Virus record (IMG/VR): IMGVR_UViG_3300023174_000062
DNA from: a virus
Direction: 5' to 3' (one strand)
DNA: 64,000 bases
The first letter of the stretch is position 1, and every line of letters begins with the position of its first letter. The notes beneath the pieces were generated by a model. It did no database searches. It was not told the DNA's origin and worked only from the letters and a program-made list of their open reading frames with translations. The translations under genes were made by a program, and so were the position numbers. Below, piece by piece: positions 46,001 to 55,735 of this stretch.

Positions 46001-49000
46001 GGTGTTCCAGCACAATCAGGTAATCAGAGAGCAGAATCTCCACCAACAAAACCAGACACATTAGAAATTGCTGAACTTAATATTCCAGCATATCCATCAT
46101 TACCAACTGACGTTAAAATCAGATTGTTGAAAAACAAACGATTCACAATGCGTGATGTTGCAAAGATGAATGAAAGACTCGAAAGACTTGAGTACTTTAC
46201 TGCATTAAGTTATCTTGAAAAGCAAGCAACAGATAAAACTGAATTAGATGCTGATGGATTGAATAGATTCAAGAATGGTATTATTGTTGATGCATTCACC
46301 GGTTGGTCAGTTGGTTCTGTAGCAGATTCAATTGGAACATCTTCAATCGACAAAAAGAATAAACTATTGACTTGTTTACAAGACAATGATAATCATGTCA
46401 ACCTTACATACTTAGCACCACAATCGACTGCAAGACTATCAGTTGGCAATAAAGTTTTGTTGCCATATACTGAAGTTGAAGCGCCAGGATTAAAACAAGT
46501 ATATGCGTCTAGACAATTAAGACTTGCAGAAGAATTGAACTTCACGTGGAATGGTAACATGACCATCATTCCATATGCAGACACATTCTTTGAAACAGAA
46601 AATGTGCCAGAGAAAGCAGTAGTGTATAATGATGACCAAGGTGCAGATAACTGGAAAGCATTACGAAATGCTTGGAATACTGAAGTTGCGCCATTAAATC
46701 AAAAGTGGCTTGGTGATCCAGTAACAGCAGAAGTAAGCAGACAAACAACTCAAGTTGGTGGGTTCAATGTAACTACAGCGTTACAACGAACAACCGAAAC
46801 TGCATACAATCAATTAGCAACTGGTAGTCAATCAACTACATCTAAACAAGATGTTCAGTTTGAAAGAGTTATTAGCGTAGAAGCCGCATTGTGGATGCGT
46901 TCAAGAGAATTCGTTGTGCAAGCAACTGGACTTAAAGAGAGTGCTAGATTATATGCATTCTTCGATGGCGTTGATGTTACTGCAAATTGTACTCAAATTC
47001 AATTGAAAGGTGCAACAACAACTGTACAATCATTAAATTCAAGTTTTACAAGTAATGGTATCTTAGGTGGTATAGGAAGTACTTGGGAAGGCATTACAGA
47101 TGATGCAAATAATCCTGACGCATTGATTGTTAAGAATCACGAAATTTTATTATTATTTCAAGTGCCAAAACAAAAATTCTATACTGGTCAACGTGAGTTT
47201 AAATTGACTGACAGTCCTACAAATGCTATTGATGCATTGACTACTGCTACTGCAAATATTTTTGCACAAGGTATTCAACAAAAGACTGCTACATTTGCAA
47301 TTAACTCTAGGCCATACAGCGTATCATTCGATACCAATTTGTCGAATATTAGAACAATTGGAAGAAGAGTTAGAACTGAACAGACTGTAGAGTTGGCTAG
47401 AACTCCAATTCCTGTAGCATCTACTGACCCATTGTCTCAGAGTTTCTACGTTGATCCAGAAACATATCCAAATGGATTCTATGTAACTTCTATTGATTTG
47501 TTCTTTAAGACTAAATCAACGAATAATAATTTAGGTGTATCTGTCGAACTTCGTGAACTTGAAGATGGATATCCATCACAACTTTATATCAGCAAGACTG
47601 ATAGCGCATATCTTAAAAATCCTAGCATTAACATTAGTTCAAACGCATCTGTGCCAACAAAGTTTGCATTCAAAAATCCTATATATTTAAATTCTGGTGC
47701 AGATTATTGTTTTGCTGTTAGACCTGATGGTAATGATCCAGACTTTGCGATTTGGGTTGCAGAACTTGGTGCGATTGACATTACAAATCCGGACAAGCAA
47801 ACACGTATTGAGCGGGCATATAACTCTGGTGTATTATTCACATCTCAAACGGATAAAACGTGGACTGCAAAACAAAATACCGACATGAAGTTTACGATGA
47901 GAATTGCAGAGTTTGCAGTTAATACTCCAAGATACGCATACTATAATAACATTTCATCTAATACTGCATTCACATATGATGCATTGACTCCTAAATTTGC
48001 AGATCAAATTCTTCCCGGAACGTCAATCACATATGAAATCAAAACGGCTGACAGTACTGCCGCAGTTGATTCTGACTACACGACAATTAAAAATCTTGAA
48101 AGATTGAGATTGAATTCACGCAAACAGATTTCATTGGGTACTTCCGAGACTGCAACGAATTTCAAATCGTTGTTGGTGAGAGCAACCTTATCTACTGCTA
48201 ATAAGCATATTAGCCCGTATTTGGACAATGAAAATCATGCTATATACTTTGATAAGAACATTATCAATAACAATTCATATACTGCGGTAGATGGAACAGT
48301 AACATATGGCGTAGGAAATAACATTGTTGTTGGAACAGGAACAAGTTTCACGACACAAGTATTCCCTGGTGAATATGCTTACTTTGGTGACGAATACAGA
48401 AAAGTTTCATCTATTGCAAACAATGTGTATTTGACAGTATCAAATAACTTCACGACAGCGAATGCAACAAATCAAGCGATGACTATTCGCAATGAAGAAA
48501 ATCCGATTGGACCATATTCTTCACAGTCTAGATATGTGACTAAAGTTGTTACATTGAATGACGGATTTGAAGCATCAGACTTGGTAGTTTATTTCAACGT
48601 AAATAGACCACCAGGAACTACAGTAAAAGTTTACTGTAAGTTGTTGAATGAGAATGATACTGACGCATTTGAAGATAAATTCTATACCCCAATGAGTTTA
48701 GTTGGTACAGAAACAACTACGTTGAATCAGAATGAGTACAAAGAAGAGAAGTACACAGTACCTTCTGTAGCAAAAACTGGTGGTTCTGAATTGTTAGCAG
48801 GTACAGTTTTGACTTCTAACACATCAACAACATTGATTGGTACTAATACTCGCTTCTTAGAAGACTTGAAAATTGGTGACACAATTGCCGTTGGTACTGC
48901 TAGAACAGAGCGTGTGGTTTCTACGATTGCAAACAATACATCATTGACAGTAGAGACTGCTTATCCAACTGTTGCTTCTGGACAAGACATTTTCCGTGTT

Positions 49001-49144
49001 CTAAATAACACTGTTGCTTATACGACACCTGATGGAAGAACATTTCAAGGGTATAAATATTTTGCAATTAAGGTTGTGTTCCTTTCTAGTAACCCAAATT
49101 ATGCACCAAAAATCAAAGAATTAAGGGGGATAGCATTAGCATGA
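43025..49144 (+). CDS. large virion structural protein (DUF4815/VrlC-like)
   Basis: PYFDDY, PGRAVQARELTQ.Q, APGADRLK, NKRFTMRD, RFKNGIIVDAF, DPLSQSF, ELRGIALA. Confidence 0.85.
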   Translation: MANTNPGGVDLNTSPYFDDYNEDKKFVRVLYRPGRAVQARELTQAQTLQQVQTKRFAEYFFKQGALVDGCEQTLDLNLNFVKLQPTYNGSTVAVANLLSKIVYGANSGIKAYCGVVTDIDGNDPKTLFVSYITNGTQVLTVNVAPSILVSGNKITLASGNTGTIESWYTDPISGLNKIFVANTRGTLTATTANTTLSTGANQVLNITNVADFTANNTFANSETIFTSDITGRSYALAAAQNATRNIVDQGLATEKIYNYGSKITVAEGVVYTADHFVKHTAQTIILDKYSNEPSYKVGIVPSRSFIDYIEDQTLVDNAQGTPNYQAPGADRLKIETTLTKVAVDAVTDENEFITVTEIENGIARKRKTISVDSKLEDAMAKRTEEESGNYTLSDPVVVVREHLLNGTNGGRYSTEEAGNSNLLLVEVDPFTAYVSGYRNQIIAKTSIQVEKGLNTSYVQETKTQINYGQYIEVNELVGAWDIMESTPVDLYDTPQKVITNLAYSTATVAGSAIGTAKVRSIEYVDGLKGTSSAKYKLYLYEIVMNTGKNFSDVRAVYDSATPKRFADIITTTAGAVLKETSFNTMIFPLPYQAIKTIRDSAQNVKTAFTFKKKFTVSFSSGVATVATDVVTETFVGTGVLSDTQKNDNYMVVVNNGGANVETSALTGTVTVGAGSNTVIGSATTFLSQVNVGDLIKINSLTRQISAIANNTYLTLSSVHTGATANTFTKIIPTGTVIPMGAQGGKGSSRTITVSSPGTVAIDVQENATFTAEIIVSMDRTSAREKVKTLNYSTTANIQPNTHPSGISGPFGLGYGDVYQLRAVYQSANMASPATTSSTNVTQYYTLDNGQRDYSYEHATIKPATGYVPTGRLLAVFDNFTHDTSQGVGYASVDSYPINDSTTSNTTITTASVPTFTSPNSKVVYNLRDCIDFRPIKTANTSLNPIDVGTYQIPTFGLRIPESGTNFDADLIFYKGRVSKVFISSSGLFGINDGVPAQSGNQRAESPPTKPDTLEIAELNIPAYPSLPTDVKIRLLKNKRFTMRDVAKMNERLERLEYFTALSYLEKQATDKTELDADGLNRFKNGIIVDAFTGWSVGSVADSIGTSSIDKKNKLLTCLQDNDNHVNLTYLAPQSTARLSVGNKVLLPYTEVEAPGLKQVYASRQLRLAEELNFTWNGNMTIIPYADTFFETENVPEKAVVYNDDQGADNWKALRNAWNTEVAPLNQKWLGDPVTAEVSRQTTQVGGFNVTTALQRTTETAYNQLATGSQSTTSKQDVQFERVISVEAALWMRSREFVVQATGLKESARLYAFFDGVDVTANCTQIQLKGATTTVQSLNSSFTSNGILGGIGSTWEGITDDANNPDALIVKNHEILLLFQVPKQKFYTGQREFKLTDSPTNAIDALTTATANIFAQGIQQKTATFAINSRPYSVSFDTNLSNIRTIGRRVRTEQTVELARTPIPVASTDPLSQSFYVDPETYPNGFYVTSIDLFFKTKSTNNNLGVSVELRELEDGYPSQLYISKTDSAYLKNPSINISSNASVPTKFAFKNPIYLNSGADYCFAVRPDGNDPDFAIWVAELGAIDITNPDKQTRIERAYNSGVLFTSQTDKTWTAKQNTDMKFTMRIAEFAVNTPRYAYYNNISSNTAFTYDALTPKFADQILPGTSITYEIKTADSTAAVDSDYTTIKNLERLRLNSRKQISLGTSETATNFKSLLVRATLSTANKHISPYLDNENHAIYFDKNIINNNSYTAVDGTVTYGVGNNIVVGTGTSFTTQVFPGEYAYFGDEYRKVSSIANNVYLTVSNNFTTANATNQAMTIRNEENPIGPYSSQSRYVTKVVTLNDGFEASDLVVYFNVNRPPGTTVKVYCKLLNENDTDAFEDKFYTPMSLVGTETTTLNQNEYKEEKYTVPSVAKTGGSELLAGTVLTSNTSTTLIGTNTRFLEDLKIGDTIAVGTARTERVVSTIANNTSLTVETAYPTVASGQDIFRVLNNTVAYTTPDGRTFQGYKYFAIKVVFLSSNPNYAPKIKELRGIALA

Positions 49145-49389
49145 TAGTTGAAAAGATTACAATTGCTGAACCTGTCCGTGGGTTCACAGAAAGAGATCGA
49201 AACTCTAAGGCAATTTTAAATACGGACATGGATTCTCTCTTACAGTATAAAATTCAAAAACGAAAAATTTCTGATATAAATAAGAGTAGAAACGAAATCA
49301 ACATGATTCGTGGAGAGGTTGACCAAATCAAGTCGGACCTAGGCGAAATCAAAAATCTATTATTAAAAATCACTAAAGAGAGAGAGTAA
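49141..49389 (+). CDS. small coiled-coil virion-associated protein
   Basis: RD..SKAILNTD...EIKNLL; usual partner downstream of the VrlC-like gene. Confidence 0.7.
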   Translation: MIVEKITIAEPVRGFTERDRNSKAILNTDMDSLLQYKIQKRKISDINKSRNEINMIRGEVDQIKSDLGEIKNLLLKITKERE

Positions 49390-49391
49390 AC

Positions 49392-51092
49392 ATGGCAAAC
49401 CTAGTACTATCACAAGTTGCACTATCTAATACATTCAACGAATTTAGACAATCATATAACGATGTGGCTAACGTTGTAAATTCGATTCAATCGGATCAGA
49501 CTACAAACCTACAAGCAAATACTATCTCAGTTGCTAGAACAGCGACTGTAGGAAACTTAAATTCACAAGGATTTGCAACAGTTACCGGAAACTTTAGCGT
49601 AAATTCAGATAAGTTATCTGTTACTGCCGCAACTGGTCTTGTTTCTATTGCAAATGACTTAAACGCTAACAACAGAATTCGTTTGCACAGTTCAAATGGT
49701 TCTATCACAGCATCAAACACAATTTTCTCGACTAATACTATTTCTCGACATATTGAATCACTTGGTACTGGCGAAGCAATCACAGCAGGTACAGTTTGGC
49801 ACAATGATCGTGGTGAAGATCCAGAACAGCACTTAGTTATTGGTATTGGTGACAAAGACGGCTCACACGATATTGCTGTTGTTAACAGAAGCACAGGTGC
49901 TAATGGATATGCTGAGTTTATTGCATTCTCAGCAACAGGTAATAGTGAAGATGGTTGGATTTCAACTGGTATCAATAGCCCAACATATAGCCAAGGTGCA
50001 TATTCTATTACTGGTCCTGATGACGGTTATCTATTGTACGAACCAAAGAACGGCACATCAGGAAATGGTAACTTGATTATTGCTACTGGTTCTGGTGGCT
50101 CAAGAAATCAAATCATTATTGGTGCTGGTGGTTTCAATAATCCTGCAAATAATCAACAGATGGTTATCACTCCAGGACAAAGCGTTGCAATCACTATTAA
50201 CACACAATCTTCAAACACTACGACTGGTGCTTTGACAGTTAACGGTGGTATTGGTCTACGTGGTAACTTGAACGTTGGTGGTAACGTTGCAATTACAGGT
50301 ACAATTACACTTGGTGGTGGCGGTAACACAGTTTCTACATCATCATTGAGCGTTGACAACCCAATGGTTTTCTTGGGTTCAAACAATGCCGCAGACATTC
50401 TCGACTTAGGTATTGTTGGTGAATACACATCTAGTGGTAGAAAATATGCTGGTCTTGTTCGTGACGCAAGCGATTCAGGTATATTTAAGTTGTTTGCAAA
50501 TAACTCTACTAGACCTAATAATACAGTTGATTTTGCAGACGCAAACAATGCATATGGAACATTACTTGTAGGCACACTTCGTGCAAATAATAATATATCA
50601 TCTACAAGTAACACAACAGGCACATTGGTTGTAACTGGTGGTGTTGGCATTAGCGAAAACTTAAACGTTGGTGCTAACGTTACAGTTACAGGTCTTGCAA
50701 CATTCACTGGTGGTATCAGAGCGCAAGAGATTCAAGAAGACGTTGTAGACACTACACAAGGTTCAAACGTTATTGGTTGTGATTATAGTTTAGGTAACAT
50801 CTTCTATCGCACAAGCACAAACTTTAGCGGAAACTTCACAATGAACATAACAAATGCACCAACAACAGATGGTCGTGTTTTCTCTGTCACATTGTTCCAA
50901 ACACAAGGTTCAACTGGATACAGACCAACAACGTTAAACATTAACGGTTCTGGCGCAACTATCAAGTGGGTTGGTGGAAGTGCACCAACTCCAACATCTT
51001 CATCTGGTGCGATGGATGTATTCTCATTCACAATCATTCGTAGAGGCGCCGCATATGAAGTTCTTGCAACTTCAACATTGAACTTTGCTTAA
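49392..51092 (+). CDS. tail fibre-like protein
   Basis: NTFNEFR N-terminus; TTGALTVNGGIG / TGTLVVTGGVG repeats; C-terminal KWVGGSAPT...DVFSFT. Confidence 0.75.
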   Translation: MANLVLSQVALSNTFNEFRQSYNDVANVVNSIQSDQTTNLQANTISVARTATVGNLNSQGFATVTGNFSVNSDKLSVTAATGLVSIANDLNANNRIRLHSSNGSITASNTIFSTNTISRHIESLGTGEAITAGTVWHNDRGEDPEQHLVIGIGDKDGSHDIAVVNRSTGANGYAEFIAFSATGNSEDGWISTGINSPTYSQGAYSITGPDDGYLLYEPKNGTSGNGNLIIATGSGGSRNQIIIGAGGFNNPANNQQMVITPGQSVAITINTQSSNTTTGALTVNGGIGLRGNLNVGGNVAITGTITLGGGGNTVSTSSLSVDNPMVFLGSNNAADILDLGIVGEYTSSGRKYAGLVRDASDSGIFKLFANNSTRPNNTVDFADANNAYGTLLVGTLRANNNISSTSNTTGTLVVTGGVGISENLNVGANVTVTGLATFTGGIRAQEIQEDVVDTTQGSNVIGCDYSLGNIFYRTSTNFSGNFTMNITNAPTTDGRVFSVTLFQTQGSTGYRPTTLNINGSGATIKWVGGSAPTPTSSSGAMDVFSFTIIRRGAAYEVLATSTLNFA

Positions 51093-51133
51093 TTATTGAT
51101 ATCGATTCTATTAGTTATTAACAGGAAAAACAA

Positions 51134-53125
51134 ATGACATTTTTAGCATCTGTATCGGGTAAATTTAGTGCGACAGCGCAAGTAAAATCAAGTGGTGGTG
51201 CGTCCATAGGACAACAGGCGTTTGTTGCGCCTGGAACGTATACGTGGATCGCCCCACCTGGAGTTACTAAAGTTTCTGCTGTTTGTATCGGTGGTGGTGG
51301 TTCTGGCTATAGAACATGGGCTAACTATGGTGGCGCTGGAGGTGGTCTTGGTTGGAAAAATAATATTCCAGTAAGTCCAGGAACTGGATACACAGTTGTG
51401 GTTGGTGACTCTGGTCGTGATCGTTATGGTTCAGCCGGACAAACTAGTTACTTCATCGGTACAGGTACCGTAGCAGGTTATGGTGGTGGTAATGGAACAT
51501 CTGGTTCTAATACTTCAGGTCCTAATTCAAACGGCTATGGTGGTGGCTACACAGGCGATGGTGGTGGTGCTGGAGGAAATTCAAATGGTCAAGCCGGTGG
51601 TGGTGCTGGCGGCTATACTGGTCGTGGTGGTAATACTAGTGAAAACATGTATGGCAATGGATATGGATCCGCATCAGGGGGTGGTGTTTATTCATCAACA
51701 TATGGTACAGGCGGAGGCGGTGGTGTTGGAATTTGGGGTCAGGGCTCCGATTCATACTACTGGACCGGACCATATGGTGTAACAACATCATCAGGCAATG
51801 GTGGTGGTGGTAATGGAGGATCTGGTGGTGGTCGAGGTCACTACGGAGAGAATCCATTTGGATCACCAGGTCACGAAGTTTTTCATCCGGCCGGAGGTAA
51901 CTTTGGAGGCGGTGGCGGTGGTGGTGGTACCAGTTTAGGTCAATTTGGTGGACCTGGTGGTGTAGGTGCAGTAAGATTAATTTGGGGTCAGGGCAGAGCA
52001 TTCCCTAGCACAAATACTGGAGACGTTTCTCCTGCACTTCAAGTTCCATTTCCAACAACAGGTGATGCTGTCTACACTCTTCCAGGAACATATACTTGGA
52101 CATGCCCACCAGGCGTGTCATCAATATCTATTGTTGCTGTAGGCGGAGGTTCTGCTGGTTACGGACCATGGACAGGAACCTATGGTGGTTCTGGTGGCGG
52201 TCTAGGCTACAAAAATAATTATCCTGTATCACCAGGAAGTACCTATACTGTACGAGTAGGTGCAGGTGGTGCAGGCGGTTATGGACAAGACACATATTTT
52301 GTTGGTCGTGGTACTGTCTGTGGCTACGGCGGTGGGACTGGCGTGTTTGGTTATGGTGAGGCTGGTCAAGGTCCTAATGCAAACGGCTATGGCGGTGGCT
52401 ACACAGGCGATGGTGGTGGCGTTGGTGGTAATTACACTGGTTATGCTGGCGCAGGTGCAGGTGGATATACCGGTCAAGGCGGAAATACAAATGCAGGTGG
52501 TAGTGGTGGTAGCGGCGCAGGTGGATATCCATACTCATCAACATATGGTGGTGCTGGTGGCGGCGGCGTAGGTTTGTACGGGCTTGGCAACAGCGGAATG
52601 GTGTATGGCACAGGCTGGTATCCTTACTCTACTGGCAATGCTGTAGGATATGGTAGAATGGGTTCGTATTCGGGTAGCGGTATCGGTTCAGGTGGCAATA
52701 GCGGCGGCGGTGGCTCTGGCGGTGAAAACGGATTCGTTGGTGAAAATGGTGCATACAGTTATCCTGAAGGTGGTGGTCCTACTTCTTATCCTGGTCCACG
52801 AGGTGGTAACTGTGGTGGCGGTGGAGGCGCAGGAGGAACTTCTTGGGCGAATGGCGGCAAAGGTGGTACCGGTGGACTTCGTATTGTTTGGCCAGGAAGT
52901 AGTAGACAATTCCCAAATACAAACGTTGGTGATGCTGTTGGAGATACAATGTATGGAAGAGGCTATTGGGGTGGATCATCAGGAACAGATGGACGTGGTT
53001 CGGTTGGATATTACACCCACATGTTTGGTCCAAATGGCGTAAGAGAACCTCAGTCTCCAGTAAACAATTCCGATTCATCATATATACCTGCATATCAACC
53101 TTTATTTGGTCAGAATTATGGTTAA
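51134..53125 (+). CDS. glycine-rich adhesin-like virion protein, copy 1 (two Gly-rich domains)
   Basis: TYTWIAPPGVTKVSAVCIGGGG and TYTWTCPPGVSSISIVAVGGG modules; poly-Gly tracts with aromatic loops. Confidence 0.75.
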   Translation: MTFLASVSGKFSATAQVKSSGGASIGQQAFVAPGTYTWIAPPGVTKVSAVCIGGGGSGYRTWANYGGAGGGLGWKNNIPVSPGTGYTVVVGDSGRDRYGSAGQTSYFIGTGTVAGYGGGNGTSGSNTSGPNSNGYGGGYTGDGGGAGGNSNGQAGGGAGGYTGRGGNTSENMYGNGYGSASGGGVYSSTYGTGGGGGVGIWGQGSDSYYWTGPYGVTTSSGNGGGGNGGSGGGRGHYGENPFGSPGHEVFHPAGGNFGGGGGGGGTSLGQFGGPGGVGAVRLIWGQGRAFPSTNTGDVSPALQVPFPTTGDAVYTLPGTYTWTCPPGVSSISIVAVGGGSAGYGPWTGTYGGSGGGLGYKNNYPVSPGSTYTVRVGAGGAGGYGQDTYFVGRGTVCGYGGGTGVFGYGEAGQGPNANGYGGGYTGDGGGVGGNYTGYAGAGAGGYTGQGGNTNAGGSGGSGAGGYPYSSTYGGAGGGGVGLYGLGNSGMVYGTGWYPYSTGNAVGYGRMGSYSGSGIGSGGNSGGGGSGGENGFVGENGAYSYPEGGGPTSYPGPRGGNCGGGGGAGGTSWANGGKGGTGGLRIVWPGSSRQFPNTNVGDAVGDTMYGRGYWGGSSGTDGRGSVGYYTHMFGPNGVREPQSPVNNSDSSYIPAYQPLFGQNYG

Positions 53126-53143
53126 AAAATTTAGGAAAAACAA

Positions 53144-55132
53144 ATGACATTTTTAGCATCCGTATCAGGTAAATTTAGTGCAACGGCACAAGTAAAATCT
53201 AGTGGCGGCGCATCTATCGGCCAGCAAGCATTCGTTGCACCAGGAACATATACATGGATTGCACCTCCAGGAGTTACAAAAGTTTCTGCTGTTTGCATCG
53301 GTGGTGGTGGTTCTGGTCATAGAACATGGGCTAACAGCGGAGGTGGCGGCGGTGGCTTGGGTTGGAAAAATAATATTCCAGTAAGTCCAGGAAGTTCATA
53401 CACAGTACGAGTAGGTGATGGTGGCCGTGATCGCTATGGTGAAGGCGGAGGAACCAGTTACTTCATTGGTACAGGTACTGTAGCAGGTTATGGTGGTGGT
53501 AATCCAAATTCTGGTTCTAATGCTAGTAACGGACCAAATTCAAACAGTTACGGTGGTGGATATGTAGGTGATGGAGGCGGTGCTGGTGGTAATCCAAGTT
53601 ATTATGGTGGTGCCGGTGCTGGCGGCTATACTGGTCGTGGTGGTAATTCTGGTGAAACTATGTGGGGCACTGGTTATGGAGCCGCATCAGGTGGTTGCTA
53701 TTATTCATCAACATACGGCAGTGGTGCTGGTGGTGGTGTTGGAATTTGGGGCAAAGGCTCTGATGGATATTACTTTACATCAAATATTGGTATAACAACA
53801 ACATCAACATATGGCGGTGGTGGCAATGGAGGTTCTGGTGGTGGTCGAGGTCACTACGGAGAGAATCCATTTGTAAGTCCAGGTTTTGAAGTTTTTCATC
53901 CAGCCGGAGGTAACTTCGGTGGTGGAGGCGGCGGTTCCGGCTCAAGTCAAACTACTTTTGCTGGACCAGGCGGTGTAGGTGCAGTGAGATTAATTTGGGG
54001 TCAAGGAAGAGCGTTTCCAGATACAAACACAGGTGATGTTGCACCAGAACTTCAGATTCCATTTCCAACAACAGGCGATGCGGTTTATACACATCCTGGA
54101 ACATACACATGGACATGCCCTCCTGGCGTGTCATCGATATCTGTTGTTTGCGTGGGCGCTGGCTGTGCTGGTTACGGACCATGGACAGGATCCTATGGCG
54201 GTGGAGGTGGCGGTCTAGGATACAAAAATAATTATCCTGTATCACCAGGAAGTACATACACAGTACGAGTAGGTGCTCCGCAACAAAACAGTTATGGACA
54301 AGACTCATATTTTGTTGGTCGTGGTACTGTATGTGGCTATGGTGGCGGTAGTGGCGTTTTTGGAAATGGCGAAACTGGCGGCGGTCCGAATGCAAACAGT
54401 TACGGTGGTGGTTACACAGGCGATGGTGGTGGTGCGGGTGGTACTTACACTAGTTATTCAGGCGGGGGTGCGGGTGGATATACTGGCACAGGCGGAAATT
54501 CAAATGCATATGGTTCTGGTGGTAGTGGCGCTGGCGGTTATGCATATTCTTCAACGTATGGTGGTGCTGGTGGCGGAGGTGTAGGTTTGTACGGACAAGG
54601 CGCATCAGGCTATCCATATGGTTCTGGTTGGTACCCATATTCTACTGGTAATGCCGTAGGCTATGGTAGAATGGGTTCGTACTCAGGTTCGGGTGTTAGT
54701 TCTGGAGGTACAGGTGGTGGTGGTGGCTCTGGAGGCGAAAATGGATTCGCTGGAGAAAATCCTTCATACAGTTATCCCGAAGGCGGTGGAAGTTCATCAT
54801 ATCCTGGTTCACGAGGAGGTAACTGTGGTGGTGGAGGTGGTCCTGGTGGAACAAGTTGGTCGAGGTATAGTTGTGGAGGGGTCGGTGGTGTTCGCATTGT
54901 CTGGCCAGGAAATACAAGAACGTTTCCAAGCACAAACGTTGGTGACGCAATAGGTGATACGATGTATGGAAGAGGCTATTGGGGTGGAGCAAGTGGTCCA
55001 GACGGACGTGGTAGCAACTCAAATTACACTCACATGTTTGGTCCGAATGGCGTAAGAGAACCTCAGTCTCCAATAAACAATAGTTCAAGTACATATATAC
55101 CTGGATATCAACCAACGCTTGGTCAAGCGTAA
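53144..55132 (+). CDS. glycine-rich adhesin-like virion protein, copy 2
   Basis: Full-length paralogue of copy 1 with an identical N-terminal ~58 aa. Confidence 0.75.
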   Translation: MTFLASVSGKFSATAQVKSSGGASIGQQAFVAPGTYTWIAPPGVTKVSAVCIGGGGSGHRTWANSGGGGGGLGWKNNIPVSPGSSYTVRVGDGGRDRYGEGGGTSYFIGTGTVAGYGGGNPNSGSNASNGPNSNSYGGGYVGDGGGAGGNPSYYGGAGAGGYTGRGGNSGETMWGTGYGAASGGCYYSSTYGSGAGGGVGIWGKGSDGYYFTSNIGITTTSTYGGGGNGGSGGGRGHYGENPFVSPGFEVFHPAGGNFGGGGGGSGSSQTTFAGPGGVGAVRLIWGQGRAFPDTNTGDVAPELQIPFPTTGDAVYTHPGTYTWTCPPGVSSISVVCVGAGCAGYGPWTGSYGGGGGGLGYKNNYPVSPGSTYTVRVGAPQQNSYGQDSYFVGRGTVCGYGGGSGVFGNGETGGGPNANSYGGGYTGDGGGAGGTYTSYSGGGAGGYTGTGGNSNAYGSGGSGAGGYAYSSTYGGAGGGGVGLYGQGASGYPYGSGWYPYSTGNAVGYGRMGSYSGSGVSSGGTGGGGGSGGENGFAGENPSYSYPEGGGSSSYPGSRGGNCGGGGGPGGTSWSRYSCGGVGGVRIVWPGNTRTFPSTNVGDAIGDTMYGRGYWGGASGPDGRGSNSNYTHMFGPNGVREPQSPINNSSSTYIPGYQPTLGQA

Positions 55133-55163
55133 TTTACAAACTGAAAAATTAGGAGAAAATTAA

Positions 55164-55637
55164 ATGGACTTAAGAATTAAAGTTATTGACGGTGAGGTTA
55201 TCGAACATCCGGTGACTGTAGTAAATCTAAACTATTGTTTTGGTATGGAAATACCACCAGAATATGTTCCTTTCTACAAAGCAGGTATGCCAGCAGTTGG
55301 AGTTTATGAAGTTTGTGAACAACCTTCAACATACACATACGATCCAGAAACAAATACAGTAAGCGAAAGTTGGACTGTTAGAGATATGACTGCCGAAGAA
55401 AAGAAAGCAAAACAAGATAATATTAAAACTATCTTTTTTAGTGAAGATCATCCAACTCATACGTGGACTTCTTGGATTTTCAATGAAGAAACATGTACAA
55501 TGGAAGCGCCTGAACCAGCGCCAGAGCCAACAAGAGAAGAGTCATCACAAGGTATTGGTTTCAATTGGGTTGAAGGCAGAGGTTGGATTCGACACAAAAT
55601 GAATCATGAAACTATGGTATTTGAACCTGTAGAATAA
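55164..55637 (+). CDS. putative fibre/adhesin assembly protein
   Basis: AGGAG SD; WTVRDMTAEEK, SWIFNEETC..EAP.P.P motifs; follows the Gly-rich genes. Confidence 0.55.
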   Translation: MDLRIKVIDGEVIEHPVTVVNLNYCFGMEIPPEYVPFYKAGMPAVGVYEVCEQPSTYTYDPETNTVSESWTVRDMTAEEKKAKQDNIKTIFFSEDHPTHTWTSWIFNEETCTMEAPEPAPEPTREESSQGIGFNWVEGRGWIRHKMNHETMVFEPVE

Positions 55638-55655
55638 TCTTTTATAAGATTTCAA

Positions 55656-55688
55656 TAAAACCCACCTTCTCGGTGGGTTTTTTATTTT
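55656..55688 (+). terminator. intrinsic terminator, possibly bidirectional
   Basis: AAAACCCACC-TTCTC-GGTGGGTTTT followed by TTATTTT. Confidence 0.9.
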
Positions 55689-55697
55689 CCGCCCTAT

Positions 55698-55705
55698 TAT
55701 AAATA
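55698..55705 (+). promoter_or_regulatory. T4-type late promoter
   Basis: TATAAATA upstream of gp13. Confidence 0.85.
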
Positions 55706-55735
55706 GAAGATGAAATTCATTAAGGGGCAAAGTAA

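Larger units (their letters stand above)
51123..55132 (+). repeat. tandem gene duplication, period 2010 bp
   Basis: AGGAAAAACAAATGACATTTTTAGCATC identical at 51123 and 53133; colinear thereafter. Confidence 0.95.

Noticed and set aside
51480-55115. Alternative-frame Val-rich and antisense His-rich ORFs in the Gly-rich genes
   Set aside because: Expected by-products of GGT-codon repeats, which lack stops in other frames.
51134-55132. Diversity-generating retroelement or invertible shufflon acting on the adhesin pair
   Set aside because: Both copies are intact ORFs in direct orientation, differences are not adenine-specific and include many synonymous changes, and no reverse transcriptase or invertase is in the window.
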